From assembly GCA_000934665.2 (NCBI GenBank), contig JYFJ02001535.1:1-64000 (forward strand): 64,000 nucleotides of DNA, written 5' to 3'. The notes below the pieces were generated by a model that was not told the origin of the DNA, ran no database searches, and was given only the letters and a program-made list of their open reading frames with translations. Of this stretch, positions 13,445 through 25,444 are shown one piece after another. A program made the translations under genes and the position numbers. How positions within the stretch are numbered: position 1 is the stretch's first letter; each line of letters opens with the position of its first letter. Source of the DNA: Catajapyx aquilonaris. Its lineage: Eukaryota.

Positions 13445-13652
13445 CCGTGTTTCCAGAATTTAGCCCACAGCCCCACATCCGGGTCAGCTGACATTCGGGA
13501 ACTATTCGCGGCCTAAATGGAAAAGTAATGGCCATTTATCATTCGGTTTTTCTGACTTATTAATTGTCGGGTATAGGATCAGCCCTACCAACTTGAAGCA
13601 CAAGCGTCGCAACATTTCAATCAAGCTGTGAGCTCAGTTCTGAAACACACGG
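13445..13652. mobile_element. Possible degenerate Tc/pogo-type MITE
   Basis: TA-CCGTGTTTCCAGAA ... TTCTGAAACACACGG forms an imperfect terminal inverted repeat. Confidence 0.35.
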
Positions 13653-13896
13653 TGTGAATAGGAAACTAACTTGGCACATACCTGTAAGAGCCTGAATATA
13701 AAGAGAAATAATCACTCCCAAATCACAGCCCAATTTATTGCCACATTGACACTCAGCCATTGTTCAGCCCCCTATTTAACAATATTTTATGTCTCCTGCA
13801 ATTCATTTCAACTCCAGCACTGGAAACACCAACGTGAGGTCGACCCAACCTTTCCTAGATTTCTGGGATAATCATCAACTAACTGTCTCTAAGGTA

Positions 13897-14543
13897 CAGT
13901 AAAACTTCTCTAAGTCGAACTTCCCTAAGTCGAAGAAAATGAAGGGCTTGGTTGGTCACAATGTAAAAGAATAGGAAATAAACTTCCCTAACTCGAATTT
14001 CTACGTATAACTCGAATTTATACGTATAACTCGAATTTATACGTATAACTCGAATTTATACGTATAACTCGAAGTTCTCCATAACTCGAAGTCCAGGCAG
14101 GGCCTTAGGAAGGGATATCAATGCATTTTCAGTCTCCCTAAGTCGAAGTCCATGTTGGCGAGTAGGCCTACGGAAAATTTTCTCATTTCCCAGCCGAAGG
14201 GTCGAGAGTAGGGCACAAGTACAGAAAGGCTCAATTTCCTGATCTCCGTCTACCAGACGTACCGAAAGAAGTGTTTGACTCGATTGTGACAATTGAATCC
14301 ATGGATCTAAGAGTAGGCAAATGTCCGAGTGTTTTTTTTACAACAAATCAACGAGGAACATTATAGGTGTGATAGTGAGAGTTATTTTCAAGTTATGAAC
14401 ACCTTTCGTCGCTGGATATAAAGGTATGCTTCCTTATAGAGTTATGTGCTTCAAAAAAAATCCAAACTTCTCTAACTCGAATCTTCTATAACTCGAAGTT
14501 TTTTTCCGGTCCCATGGAGATTCGACTTATGGAAGTTTTACTG
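13897..14543. mobile_element. pogo/Tigger-like MITE, copy 1
   Basis: TA|CAGTAAAACTTCTCTAAGTCGAA ... TTCGACTTATGGAAGTTTTACTG|TA (TIR plus TA target duplication). Internal 19-bp tandem (TAACTCGAATTTATACGTA) at about 13989-14090. A second copy lies at 31425-33289. Confidence 0.88.
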
Positions 14544-14549
14544 TATACT

Positions 14550-14900
14550 GTATACTCTAAGGTAACTCTTAGAGAGTATTACCTTATAAGGCAATAATCT
14601 CTAAGGTATACTCTAAGGTAATACTCTCTAAGGTATACTCTAAGGTAATACTCTCTAAGGTATACTCTATAAGGTATACTCTATAAGGTATACTCTATAA
14701 GGTAATACTCTCTAAGGTATAATAAGGTAATACTCTCTAAGGTATACTCTATAAGGTAATACTCTCTAAGGTATAATAAGGTAATACTCTCTAAGGTATA
14801 CTCTATAAGGTAATACTCTCTAAGGTATACTCTATAAGGTAATACTCTCTAAGGTATACTCTATAAGGTAATACTCTCTAAGGTAACTGTGTCTAAGGTA
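14550..14900. repeat. Minisatellite of 14/15-bp units (GGTAATACTCTCTAA / GGTATACTCTATAA, ~29-bp higher-order unit)
   Basis: Direct reading; it abuts the right TIR of the MITE. Confidence 0.92.
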
Positions 14901-15044
14901 GGGCTTACATGTGTTGTCTGCAATTGGAGTGTATTAACTATATGATTGTTGTCTACCCTACTCAAAAATCATGAAACCTATTTTAAAATGGCAAAATTTA
15001 CACACAATTTCCTTACTTGTCCAGAGGCTGCCTGGGACATCACC

Positions 15045-16358
15045 ATGGAGTTACAAGGTAACGACTACCTGGCTGAAGTATACAATGCAGTAAAGAAGTA
15101 CATGCATCTGAACCGTACATCTCGGGTTCAGATCATGTCAGTCGAGATGGGTTTCGCAGATATGATTCACAGTAGTGTCGACAGCACCAAAATTGTCTAC
15201 AAGATCGTGGCCAGAGTGGGCGATACCTACGAGACACTTCATCTGTTTCGTAAGGGTCTGTGCAAAGACGAAGGGTATCTGAGAACCTTTTCCATTCACG
15301 CTCAGGTGTATCCAAAAGAGATTGGATTTTACAATGAGTTGATTCCATTCATAAAGATGTTTCAAGAAAATGAAGGGTTGGCTACATTGCCTTTGAGTGT
15401 TCCGGAGCTTTACGGGGCTGAAAGCAATCCGGAATTTTCTTATCTGATCCTGCAAAATATTGAGTACGATGGGTTTAGAAATTCGGGAAGGTCATTTCTT
15501 GACTATGAGGAAGTTCTTTTGTGTGTTCGTGAGCTGGCAAAAATTCATGCTGCAGGTCACGCACTATTGTCTGTTCATAAGAATCAACTTTTGGAAATGT
15601 TTCCTTTTCTTGAAGAAGCCATAAACCACAAGAAAGCTTTTGGAGTAACATTTTATGTATGGGTTAAGTGCTATGAATTTGCAATAGAGGCTATTAAAAG
15701 CGCTGATAGTGTGCTGGGTATGAAAATGGAAAAGTACAGAGGCAAAGTTTACGAAACTATTTTGCAGCAAATGAACCGAAACGACCGTTTTCTTATGGGG
15801 TTAAGTCATGGTGATTTGTGGTTCTCCAACATAATGTTTCGTTATGAGAAAGAGGTCGCAGTTGATATTAAGTTTGTGGATTTTCAGAAGTTGAGGATTT
15901 CATCAGTTACGACCGATTTGACTTTTTTTTTGTATACCAGTACGACCCGTGCTTTCAGAAAGCTTCACTACCGCGTTGTTTTGTATTCCTATTTGGTCAG
16001 TTACATAGATACATTGCGGTATATGGGGGTAAAGGTATCACTAGAATTGACTCTAGATTATTTGATGCAAAAAATGACAGAAACTCTTCCGTATGCAGTA
16101 ACGTTTTTGTCATTTACTATGCCCATGCAATTAATGGATGACTACTCCAAAGGCTGTGGAGTCCATATTGAGCATAGTATGGCAGATGCATTGCACATTC
16201 CAGATCAGTGGAAAGAGTTGGATCAGTCAACAGAGGAGCACTTGAAGTTGGATCAAATCGAAATGGCTCAAAATTTGTCACGAAATATGCATTGCGACAT
16301 TGTGAAAAGTAGAATGCTGGAATTTTATCAGGAGATGAACGACTTAGGAGTTATATGA
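15045..16358 (+). CDS. EcKL-4, single coding exon (437 aa)
   Basis: Motifs LAKIHA, SHGDLWFSN, FVDFQ. ATG in CACCATGG context 20 nt after an acceptor at 15024. Confidence 0.88.
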   Translation: MELQGNDYLAEVYNAVKKYMHLNRTSRVQIMSVEMGFADMIHSSVDSTKIVYKIVARVGDTYETLHLFRKGLCKDEGYLRTFSIHAQVYPKEIGFYNELIPFIKMFQENEGLATLPLSVPELYGAESNPEFSYLILQNIEYDGFRNSGRSFLDYEEVLLCVRELAKIHAAGHALLSVHKNQLLEMFPFLEEAINHKKAFGVTFYVWVKCYEFAIEAIKSADSVLGMKMEKYRGKVYETILQQMNRNDRFLMGLSHGDLWFSNIMFRYEKEVAVDIKFVDFQKLRISSVTTDLTFFLYTSTTRAFRKLHYRVVLYSYLVSYIDTLRYMGVKVSLELTLDYLMQKMTETLPYAVTFLSFTMPMQLMDDYSKGCGVHIEHSMADALHIPDQWKELDQSTEEHLKLDQIEMAQNLSRNMHCDIVKSRMLEFYQEMNDLGVI

Positions 16359-18283
16359 ATGGTCAATGTGGTAATTATTGATGATCTAGTGGATGTGCAG
16401 ACCTGAAATTCAGAACCGTCAGAGTCACTTTTTTTTGGCCAAAAATGAATATGCTTTGCACTCTTGTACTTGTAGGTGTTTGGAGAAAAATCATGAGCAA
16501 ATATGGAATCGCATATTCCTTTGGATTGCATCCTGTACCATTATGGTAAAGAAGGTTACCGGTACTTTGTTTAGTAGCAGCACTTTATGCGACATTATGT
16601 TACATAACGTAGTTCTATTGTTCTGCCTGCTGTACAGTAATTTTGCTTTATGTGCCATCAGTACAATAAGCCTGTTTCATTAATATTTGTGTATCAGACA
16701 GTTACACTGCCTTATTTACATACTTGTGCCACTATGACGTTTGACAATATTGTAAATAAAATGTTTCCAAAATAACACTATACAGTTTGAATCCCATGTT
16801 TCCAACCCTGATAATTTTCAGTGAGATTTGCGACCTTTTATTAACATTGGCAATGACATGAATCCATTTGCATTAAAAGTCAGTGATTTAACTCAATGTT
16901 TGCAGGCCACGTACCTCTGCTGTGGTAGTGTTGTCAATATTATTTATGCCAATACTTTATGATGAGGAAGATGAGATAAGTTGCAAAACAATTATATTAT
17001 TATAACAATGGCTGTTTTAGTTACCCCTCTGCATACATTGTTTCTCTTTATCTACTACAAACAATAGCCTATTGCCACTCACAACCTCTATTCCCTTTAT
17101 TTGGAGAGGACAGTCATGGTGTAAGCTTGCACAATGACAAAGAGAGACTTACAATAATACAGGGCGGACCTTATTGTTTTTGACTATATTATTATGGTAC
17201 ATCAACCTCAATAGTTATTATTCCCGTTTATTTTCGAGAGTACGGTTATGGCAACTACGAGGCTCATCATAGTGCAGGAAACATCGCCGTTCACTGTGAG
17301 ACGTACCGTAAGGAAATTGGCATGTAAAGTGCAGAGAGATGATTCTATTTATGGATAAGTTACAAAATGATCGGGGAGTGAAACCTTTGCAATAATTGGC
17401 TGTACCTATAGTTTTACGTGGCAAGAAATGAGTCGCACATACTGTCATTTATGATATACGAGTTATGTTGTGTGTTCTTTTAACTCGGCTATTGTGATGT
17501 GACAATATGAACAATAGGTTTTGCTTACAACATAACATTTTGTTGATGACTTCTTATTATGCGCACTATACAGAATTACCACGCACTTCAGACAACCCAG
17601 TGAAAATTTAGGCTCGGGATGATGTGTTGGTCATATCCTGAATTTGGCCGCATTTGACACCGACACATAGCAACTCGATGTCTTTCCAGGCATATCATCG
17701 CAGTGAGTGACGTTAGGGTATGAGAGTGAACATCCGGTATATCTGGGTAATTTCCCGTCTGTCAACAAAGCACGCAAAACACACGTGAAATAACTCAATA
17801 CTGTACATTGTGTTCACACAGCATCTGATTGGTCGTCTCTGAATTTATTATTTCTATCTCTTCTTATATGCAAATGACGGCTCCATTATAATAGTAAATA
17901 TCTACTGTATATAAGCCGACCTTCATATGGAAAAATCCATGTGGGCTTCCATCTTCAGTGTCGCACAGTATTGCAGTTCTGTACTCCACAGTGGAGAGTC
18001 CATTGCGATTGTTTCGCTGAGCAAGATCAAAGAAGTCTGCAGGGAACAAGTTAACTGGATATCATTCGCTATTTTACTGACACTGCCGGTAAACGATTTA
18101 ATATATTTACCTCTTATTAAGCTATGGAGTGTTTGTCTTATTTAACTGATTAAGGGAGATTAAGGGAAATGCATTCCGCTCTGTATTTTAATCAAACAGT
18201 AACTAGGATAGCTATAAAGGAACACTGCCCATATTATCATCATTTTTTTCCTTATAAAAAGATTGTGAGCATCACGCATCACC

Positions 18284-19618
18284 ATGTATGGCAGAAAGTG
18301 CAACAACTTCGCCATCATCAGTAATGCCTTGCGAAAGAAGCTGGAGCTGACACGTCCTGGATCTCGAATTGAGACCATGTCCACTAAATTTGGTTCAGGA
18401 AACAATCAAATGGCCAGCGGAGCCATGGGGACACTCACCAGCTACAGTGTTGTTGTTAAGGTGGACGACAGCTGCGAGACTTACCATCTTGTGTGCAAGG
18501 AAATGGTGGAGAAGGAAGGGTTTCTTCGAGATGTTGCCAAAGATGCACAGTTGTATCCAAAAGAAATTGGAATGTATAAGGAGTTAATTCCATTTATGAA
18601 CAAGTTTCAGAAAAATATTGGAGTCACTCCCATATCTTTGGCTGTTCCAGAATTTTATGGAGGTACACTTGGCCAGGATTCGTCATTCTTAATTATGCAA
18701 AATATTGGTGAGAGTGGGTTCAAAAATGTAGACAATAAGTACTTAGGATATGAGGAGGTCATGCTGTGCGTTACTGAATTGGCCAAAATTCATGCCCTGG
18801 GCCATGGACTCATTTGTGCATATGACCAGGAGCATCTTTTGAATTTACTTCCATTTCTTCGAGATACTCGTTTCGTGAAACAACATTTTGGTTACTCATT
18901 TTACTTATGGCATGAATGCTATGAATATGCGATAGACATGATCAAAAGTATTGACCATGAATTGGGAATAAAAATGGAAAAGTATCGCAATAACTCGTAC
19001 GATACAATTTTACAGCAAATGAATAGGTATGACCATTTTCTACAGACGGTAACGCATACGGATCTGTGGTTCTCCAATATGATGTTTAAGTATGAAAAGT
19101 GTGGAATTGCCACTGAAGTTAAATTACTGGACTTTCAAGCGATTCGATTGGGATCTGTTACGACTGATTTAACATACTTTATGTACACATGCACAACACG
19201 TGATTTCAGAAACATTCATTACCGTAACGTACTTGAGTCTTATCTTACCAGTTACAAAAGCACTTTGAAGCACATTCATATGAACATATCTACATCATTG
19301 ACTTTGGATTATCTGATGCAGAAAATGAAGGAAACACTTCCTTTCGCAGTTGCATTCATGTCATTCGCTATGCCCATGCAATTAATGGACCGGGATGATG
19401 CTTTAGACAAAATTCCTGAAGTAAGCATTAAAAATGGTTACTCCATAAAACAAATTCCAGAGCAGTGGAAGGATGCAGATCAGAAAACAGACAAAAAATC
19501 AAAGATCGAACAAAAGACATTGGCTAAGAACTTGTCACATATCATGTGCTCTTCAAAAACTGCGAAGGAGAGAATGCTGGAATTTTATAGAGAAATGGGT
19601 GACTTAGGAATTATATGA
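18284..19618 (+). CDS. EcKL-5, single coding exon (444 aa)
   Basis: Motifs LAKIHA, THTDLWFSN, LLDFQ. Confidence 0.9.
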   Translation: MYGRKCNNFAIISNALRKKLELTRPGSRIETMSTKFGSGNNQMASGAMGTLTSYSVVVKVDDSCETYHLVCKEMVEKEGFLRDVAKDAQLYPKEIGMYKELIPFMNKFQKNIGVTPISLAVPEFYGGTLGQDSSFLIMQNIGESGFKNVDNKYLGYEEVMLCVTELAKIHALGHGLICAYDQEHLLNLLPFLRDTRFVKQHFGYSFYLWHECYEYAIDMIKSIDHELGIKMEKYRNNSYDTILQQMNRYDHFLQTVTHTDLWFSNMMFKYEKCGIATEVKLLDFQAIRLGSVTTDLTYFMYTCTTRDFRNIHYRNVLESYLTSYKSTLKHIHMNISTSLTLDYLMQKMKETLPFAVAFMSFAMPMQLMDRDDALDKIPEVSIKNGYSIKQIPEQWKDADQKTDKKSKIEQKTLAKNLSHIMCSSKTAKERMLEFYREMGDLGII

Positions 19619-21440
19619 ACTATTTTTTGCTCAATGCGTAGCATATTCGTGAACATAATTAAGATTACACGTATAGTTTCGGTTTCACTTAAGCCATCAG
19701 CAACTGACCTGAATTCTTTCGCTTCAAGCTACATATACCGGTACCTTTCATGTTATTAATGACATCACAGACTATAATGACCTCATTCTCTGGAGAAGCA
19801 ATAGTAACTACTATACTAACCCTCAGATTCAATAGTGCCAAGCTCTTGATAGTACTCATGCAGCAGAACGCCTTGCACATGGATTAGTTTGAACTTACAC
19901 AGAGTAGTTAACAATATTCTCAAACCTGACAGAAATCTAGGTAAATAATGATATTCTTAAGTCCTATTGAAATATTGGTGGAATAAATTATTAATCCATC
20001 ACTGATGTTGCATGATCTCTTGTCGTAAATTAGGTGTACACATTACGTCCAGTTTTTAAATATGCTTATCTCTGGTTCAACACTCTTGTTTCTGACGAGT
20101 TGTCTAATTAATAACAATTACGTGCACCATATGGTACTGTACACCCTCTTTCCTATTCCGAGTATTAGTAGGCCTAAACTTTTTATTGAAATGCTGATAC
20201 CCTGATGTATGATGACGAGAAACAAAATTGCCCCTCAACAACCCATTCCGCCTTTATTGTATTGTATTGTATTTTGTCGCACAAGTGAATAATAAATATT
20301 CAATTAACATCTGTTAAATTTATTAGAACTCCACTCCTCCGTTGCTTTATTCAAGACAATCATGGCAGCAGCTATTGTATCAGATACAACAATGTTTCTG
20401 GCCTACTTGGTGGATATGTAGGTGCTTGACTGTCATAATAATTATACTGGCTGCTGCTTTCATTTTCCTAAAGACAATGCAAACGCCATATCGCACATGC
20501 TATGGTGACAGCGAAGGGATTATAATAGCAAATGCAATAGAAAGTACTGTATAATATGGCTATTCCCCTTCACCATTACACATTCTGTATTAGAGTGAAT
20601 AGGTTTATTAAGTTCCACTGCGGCCGTCAACCGGACCACATTCTACACTATTCAGACTGGTACAGCACATAAAGAGGTCGTCTGTTGCATTACCACGAGT
20701 GTTAGAAAGAGTTATCTATAATTGAATCGGTCATTTGGAAAAGGGGTCATCTCCAGCGCATTTCCAGAGGATATGACACCTTTTCAAAATGACCGATTCA
20801 ATTATTATTATGACAGACAATTCCAAGTAGGATGTAACACCTGATTCCTTCGTGATGTAATTATTGCCTCTTCTCACCTCACAATACACCCAACTGTAAT
20901 TATTGACGACATACGAATCATGAGATACATTGTACGCAGTTGTTACATAGTAGTCAGTTTGTAATAACGACAGAGGACATAAATAATCAGATATCTCACT
21001 AATATACTTGTACACTCACAAATCTAATGACTGACCGGTTGTTTGAGTCGACCTAAAGACAATAGCAACACCATTTGTTTAAATGTCAGCAGAATTATAA
21101 TAACCAATTGCACCTAAGGTAATCAGAGCACATAAAAGGTTTCCTCATCGCTTTCATTCCCAGCACTGCAATTTCCGCATTCGAGTGATTACGTTGCACG
21201 GTTGCTGTGAACTGGAAGACACTCTTCACTGTCATCGACAGTTGTAGTCCAAGAGGTCGTCTTGCTGAGCACAAGGTAATATAGGACAATGTGATGTCCA
21301 AAAATAAGTACCTTACTAGATTTTATCTGTTCAGATTACATTCGTACGTTCATCGCCTAAATGTATGTACATTGTAACTGTCACACCGAGGTGTCACAAG
21401 TTCTCTCTCTTGAAGCAGAAAACCGAGAGCCTGCATCACG

Positions 21441-22775
21441 ATGGATGATTGGAAATGCGACAACTTTGCTATAGTCAGCAACACCGTCTTGAAGAAACTG
21501 CAGATGACACGCCCTGGAGCTCGAATAGAGATTGTGTCCACTAAGTTTGGTACAGGAAAGAACCAAATAGACAGTCTTGGAGCCATGGGAACACTCACCA
21601 CCTACATGGTTGTTGCTAAGGTGGATGAGAGCTGCGAGACTTACCATCTTGTATTCAAGGAAAATATCATAAAGGAAGGGATTCTTCGCGACATTGCTAA
21701 AGATGCACAATTTTACCCAAAGGAAATTGGAGTGTATAAGGAGTTAATTCCATTCATAAACAAATTTCAAAAAGATGTGGGAGTCACTCCATTGCCATTG
21801 GCTGTTCCGGAATTTTATGGAGGTACACTTTCCCAGGATTATTCATTCTTAATTATGCAGAATATTGGTGCCAGTGGGTTCAAAAATGCAGGTCGGTACT
21901 TAGGATATGATGAGGTCCTGGTGTGCGTCACTGAACTTGCCAAAATTAACGCCCTGGGCCACGCACTCATTTCTGAAAATGGCCAGGAACATCTCCTCAA
22001 GTTATTTCCATTTCTAAGAGATGAAATTTTCGTCAAGCACCACTTTCTGTACTCCTTTTATTTGTGGTCTGAATGCTATGAACATGCAATAGATATGGTT
22101 AGAAGTGTGAACTATGAACTAGGCACAAAGATGGGAAAATATCACAACAAGTCGTATGATATAGCTTGCCAACAGATGGCCAGATATGACCAACATCTTC
22201 AGGGGTTGAATCATGCTGATCTGTGGTTCTCAAACATGATGTTTAAATATAACAACAATGGAGCAGCCATTGACGTAAAATTTCTCGATTTTCAAACAAT
22301 TCGTTTGGGATCAGCTGCGACAGATTTAACATATTTCCTGTACACAAGCACAACACGTGCTTTCAGAAACATTTATTACCGCGAAGTACTTCAGGCTTGG
22401 CTTACCAGCTACAAAAGTACTCTCACCCACATTCATATGAACATATCGCCAACACTGACTTTGGATTACTTGATGCAAAAAATGAGGGAAACCCTTCCTT
22501 ACGCAGTTGTATTTATGCCCTTCGCTATGCCCTTGCAATTAATGGACGGGGGCAAAGATGCTCAAGACAAAATGCTTGAAGTAAGTGTCAAAAATGATCA
22601 TTCCATACAAGTGCCAGAGCATTGGAAAGATGCGGATCAGCAAATGAACGAAAAATCAAAATCGGACCAAATGAACCTGGCGATGAACTTAGCCCATATC
22701 ATGTACTCTTCAAATAATGTTAAGGAAAGAATGCTGGAATTTTACACAGAAATGAGCCACTTCGGAGTTATTTGA
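21441..22775 (+). CDS. EcKL-6, single coding exon (444 aa)
   Basis: Motifs LAKINA, NHADLWFSN, FLDFQ. 5'UTR intron 21276-21418. Confidence 0.9.
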   Translation: MDDWKCDNFAIVSNTVLKKLQMTRPGARIEIVSTKFGTGKNQIDSLGAMGTLTTYMVVAKVDESCETYHLVFKENIIKEGILRDIAKDAQFYPKEIGVYKELIPFINKFQKDVGVTPLPLAVPEFYGGTLSQDYSFLIMQNIGASGFKNAGRYLGYDEVLVCVTELAKINALGHALISENGQEHLLKLFPFLRDEIFVKHHFLYSFYLWSECYEHAIDMVRSVNYELGTKMGKYHNKSYDIACQQMARYDQHLQGLNHADLWFSNMMFKYNNNGAAIDVKFLDFQTIRLGSAATDLTYFLYTSTTRAFRNIYYREVLQAWLTSYKSTLTHIHMNISPTLTLDYLMQKMRETLPYAVVFMPFAMPLQLMDGGKDAQDKMLEVSVKNDHSIQVPEHWKDADQQMNEKSKSDQMNLAMNLAHIMYSSNNVKERMLEFYTEMSHFGVI

Positions 22776-23049
22776 ACTCTATATTATGTTCGTCACGCAG
22801 GCTATCTTAAGCGCCTGCCATGCAGTACTCCAGACCCACTTTATAGAGGGCTAATTCCACGCGTGACTTACACGACATGACACTCAGTTTATGCTTAACT
22901 TTAAATTTTTTTAAAGCACAAACTTAGCATTTAAGGAAACGGTGTTTAAACCTAAATATATTATGCACTTTGTATCTAAGTGTTAATTAATGTTTTGATT
23001 TTAACAGTCGCCCAGGAAGAAATGAATGAAGGGAAAACACCTGCCAGTA

Positions 23050-23299
23050 TACCCCCGTCAACTGTCTGTCTTTCTGTGTGTCCGGCCACCAATGCCATCT
23101 GTGGTCCTGCTACTCCAACACCTTGAACCTGTTCCGCCTGTATAACGGCAACCGTCATTTGCCTGCCATCTGTATTCAACTCCCACCACCTCCATCCTCT
23201 CCCGGCCAGGGGGTGGAGCACAGATGGCAGGCAAATGACGGTTGGCAGGCGGACAGACAGACAGACAGACAGACTCACAAACGGCTTTATTTATATAGA
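23050..23299 (-). mobile_element. 5' fragment of a non-autonomous Helitron
   Basis: Minus strand reads A|TCTATATAAATAAAGCCGTTTGTGAG followed by a GTCT microsatellite, a 5'-TC end typical of arthropod Helitrons. No CTAG 3' end found, so the left boundary is approximate. Confidence 0.55.
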
Positions 23300-25444
23300 T
23301 TCATCCAGTTCTTGTGTGATAGAAATCACAGTTTACTGCATGAAAAACACTAGCTTACTTGTTGAATTATGAAGATTCTTATGGAGACTTGAACAAAAAA
23401 AATTGCACACCCGCCATATTGGAAATAAATGTATGCGACAATTCTGTAATATCCGTTCAAAAATAAAAAAATACACAATCTCAGTTTTCAGCCAATACCA
23501 TAATATCATATCAATTATTTATTTTAAAATCTGACCCTGATGTATACTTTTGCATGGAATTAGCCAGAGCTAATTGTGTACATACTTGAGGGGAAGGAAC
23601 CTGTCAATAAAGAGAAGTACCCATTCATCCTATCGCTCTATTATCCCTCTAGCTCTAGGTCGTCGGTATTGTTATGCAATGTGATGCTTGCTCTTCAGAA
23701 AGAGAATGTTCAATTATGTAAGTGCAGAAAAAATTCCCCATTCACATAGTCCCTCAAGGAAGGGCTCAAACACAATGTCTGCAGATATATATTTCCGGAT
23801 AATCCACTTCAACGGCAGACCTCTTTAATTTGTTCATTATTTCACTAGTTCTTCACATTTAAAAAGCAGGTGTCACAAAGTCTACCACAAGGCTCATAGG
23901 ATACGATGTGCCCTTCTTCTTACCCAACTAAGAACAGGTTATATGAAAATACACATTTAAAATAAACATCACGTAATAACTATGCATAATAATAGGAGAT
24001 TTTACATATTTGCTTTCATACCTCCATTATCCTTCTCCCTATGCGAAGCACATGCTTTATCAGTACCGGTAATGATAACAAGTTTTTTTTTCCCAAGCGT
24101 TACAGTACTTCAGGATAACTCACAGTGTGTAGAAAAATTGTTTCAAATATACTTTTGTTCAAACCGAAAATCCTACTTAAATATCACATACCGGTAGTTT
24201 AAATGTCATAAATGTAAACGTTGCTCTTCCATTCACTTCAACAATGTCGCGCATCATGAGCAATGAACACCTCTATGCAGTTGCATTGTCGCCATACCTG
24301 CCATGTGAATGACAAGTACTGGCACAATGTGCCCTGCTATACATATGTAGTGAGTGACTCGTGGGAGTTCCCCCATCCACCTGATATTTTCGTCGACACA
24401 CTTTTTCGTATATATGTAGCCTATATCCTGATGTATGATTATAATAATCCAATACCGACCAGGTCCATCTCAATTTATTAGACCTACAGTTTTGATATAA
24501 CTTACAAGAAAAAAACCAAAATTAATGTCCTTATTTTTACGTTCAATTATAATGAATTATTACAGCTCCTTGTGTATCGCCTCTCTCATAGGTAGTGACA
24601 AAACAATGTCGCTTGTGTATAATGTTGTACAAGTAAGTATTGTGGAATATTGGCTTAAAGCAGAGCTTGTGACATTCTGTACCTGATTAATTATAATTGT
24701 GAATTATTACCAAGATATAGCTGTTAGCCTGTTACAGGATTTAATTCAGTGTCATGTTAGCTCGTTGTAATAAACTCTTTCTGTAGTCATCAATAATTAT
24801 CCAGACAGCCAACCCCAAGAAGGATGTAATATTGATACCGTCGTGATATAACTATACTGCGTCTGCGCATCTTAAAATACACCCAACTGCACAGATACTG
24901 ATTGTATCATGCGAGGCACTGATTCTATGCAGCTGTTGCATGCATAGTAGACCTATCAGTTTATACTAACGGCAGTGGATATAAATACATGTAATCCGAC
25001 ATTTACAGCTAATAATATGCACTTCGCGTGAGTGACACGCGACGGTTGTTTGTGCCCGCCTACAACGACAATGCAACGGCACTTGTTTTAATGTCAGCAG
25101 AAAGGTGATCAGAACACATAAAACGTTCCCTCGTCGCTTTCATCTCAAGCAGTGCAATTTTCGCATTGGACCGATTAAGTTGCACTGTTGCTGTGAACTG
25201 GAGGACACTCTATAGTCTATATACACTGCCCTCGACGGTATAGCCCAAGAGGTCGTCTTACAAGGTAACAAGACTTTTTGATGTCCAAAAATCATCACCT
25301 TACTAGATTTTATCTTGTTCAGATTACATTGGTTCCTAACGTTGATGTGATTAAGCCTAAATGTACCTACTGTACATTGTAACTGTCACACCGAGTGTCA
25401 CAAGTTCTCTCTCTCGAAACAGAAAATCGAGAGCCTGTATCACG

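Noticed and set aside
13989..14900. Regular short repeats resembling a CRISPR array
   Set aside because: No unique spacers or cas genes; these are tandem repeats within or next to a MITE in a eukaryotic genome.
19616..19760. Open frame after the EcKL-5 TGA suggesting readthrough or Sec
   Set aside because: Not conserved in the paralogs, the stop aligns with all other copies, and no SECIS is seen.
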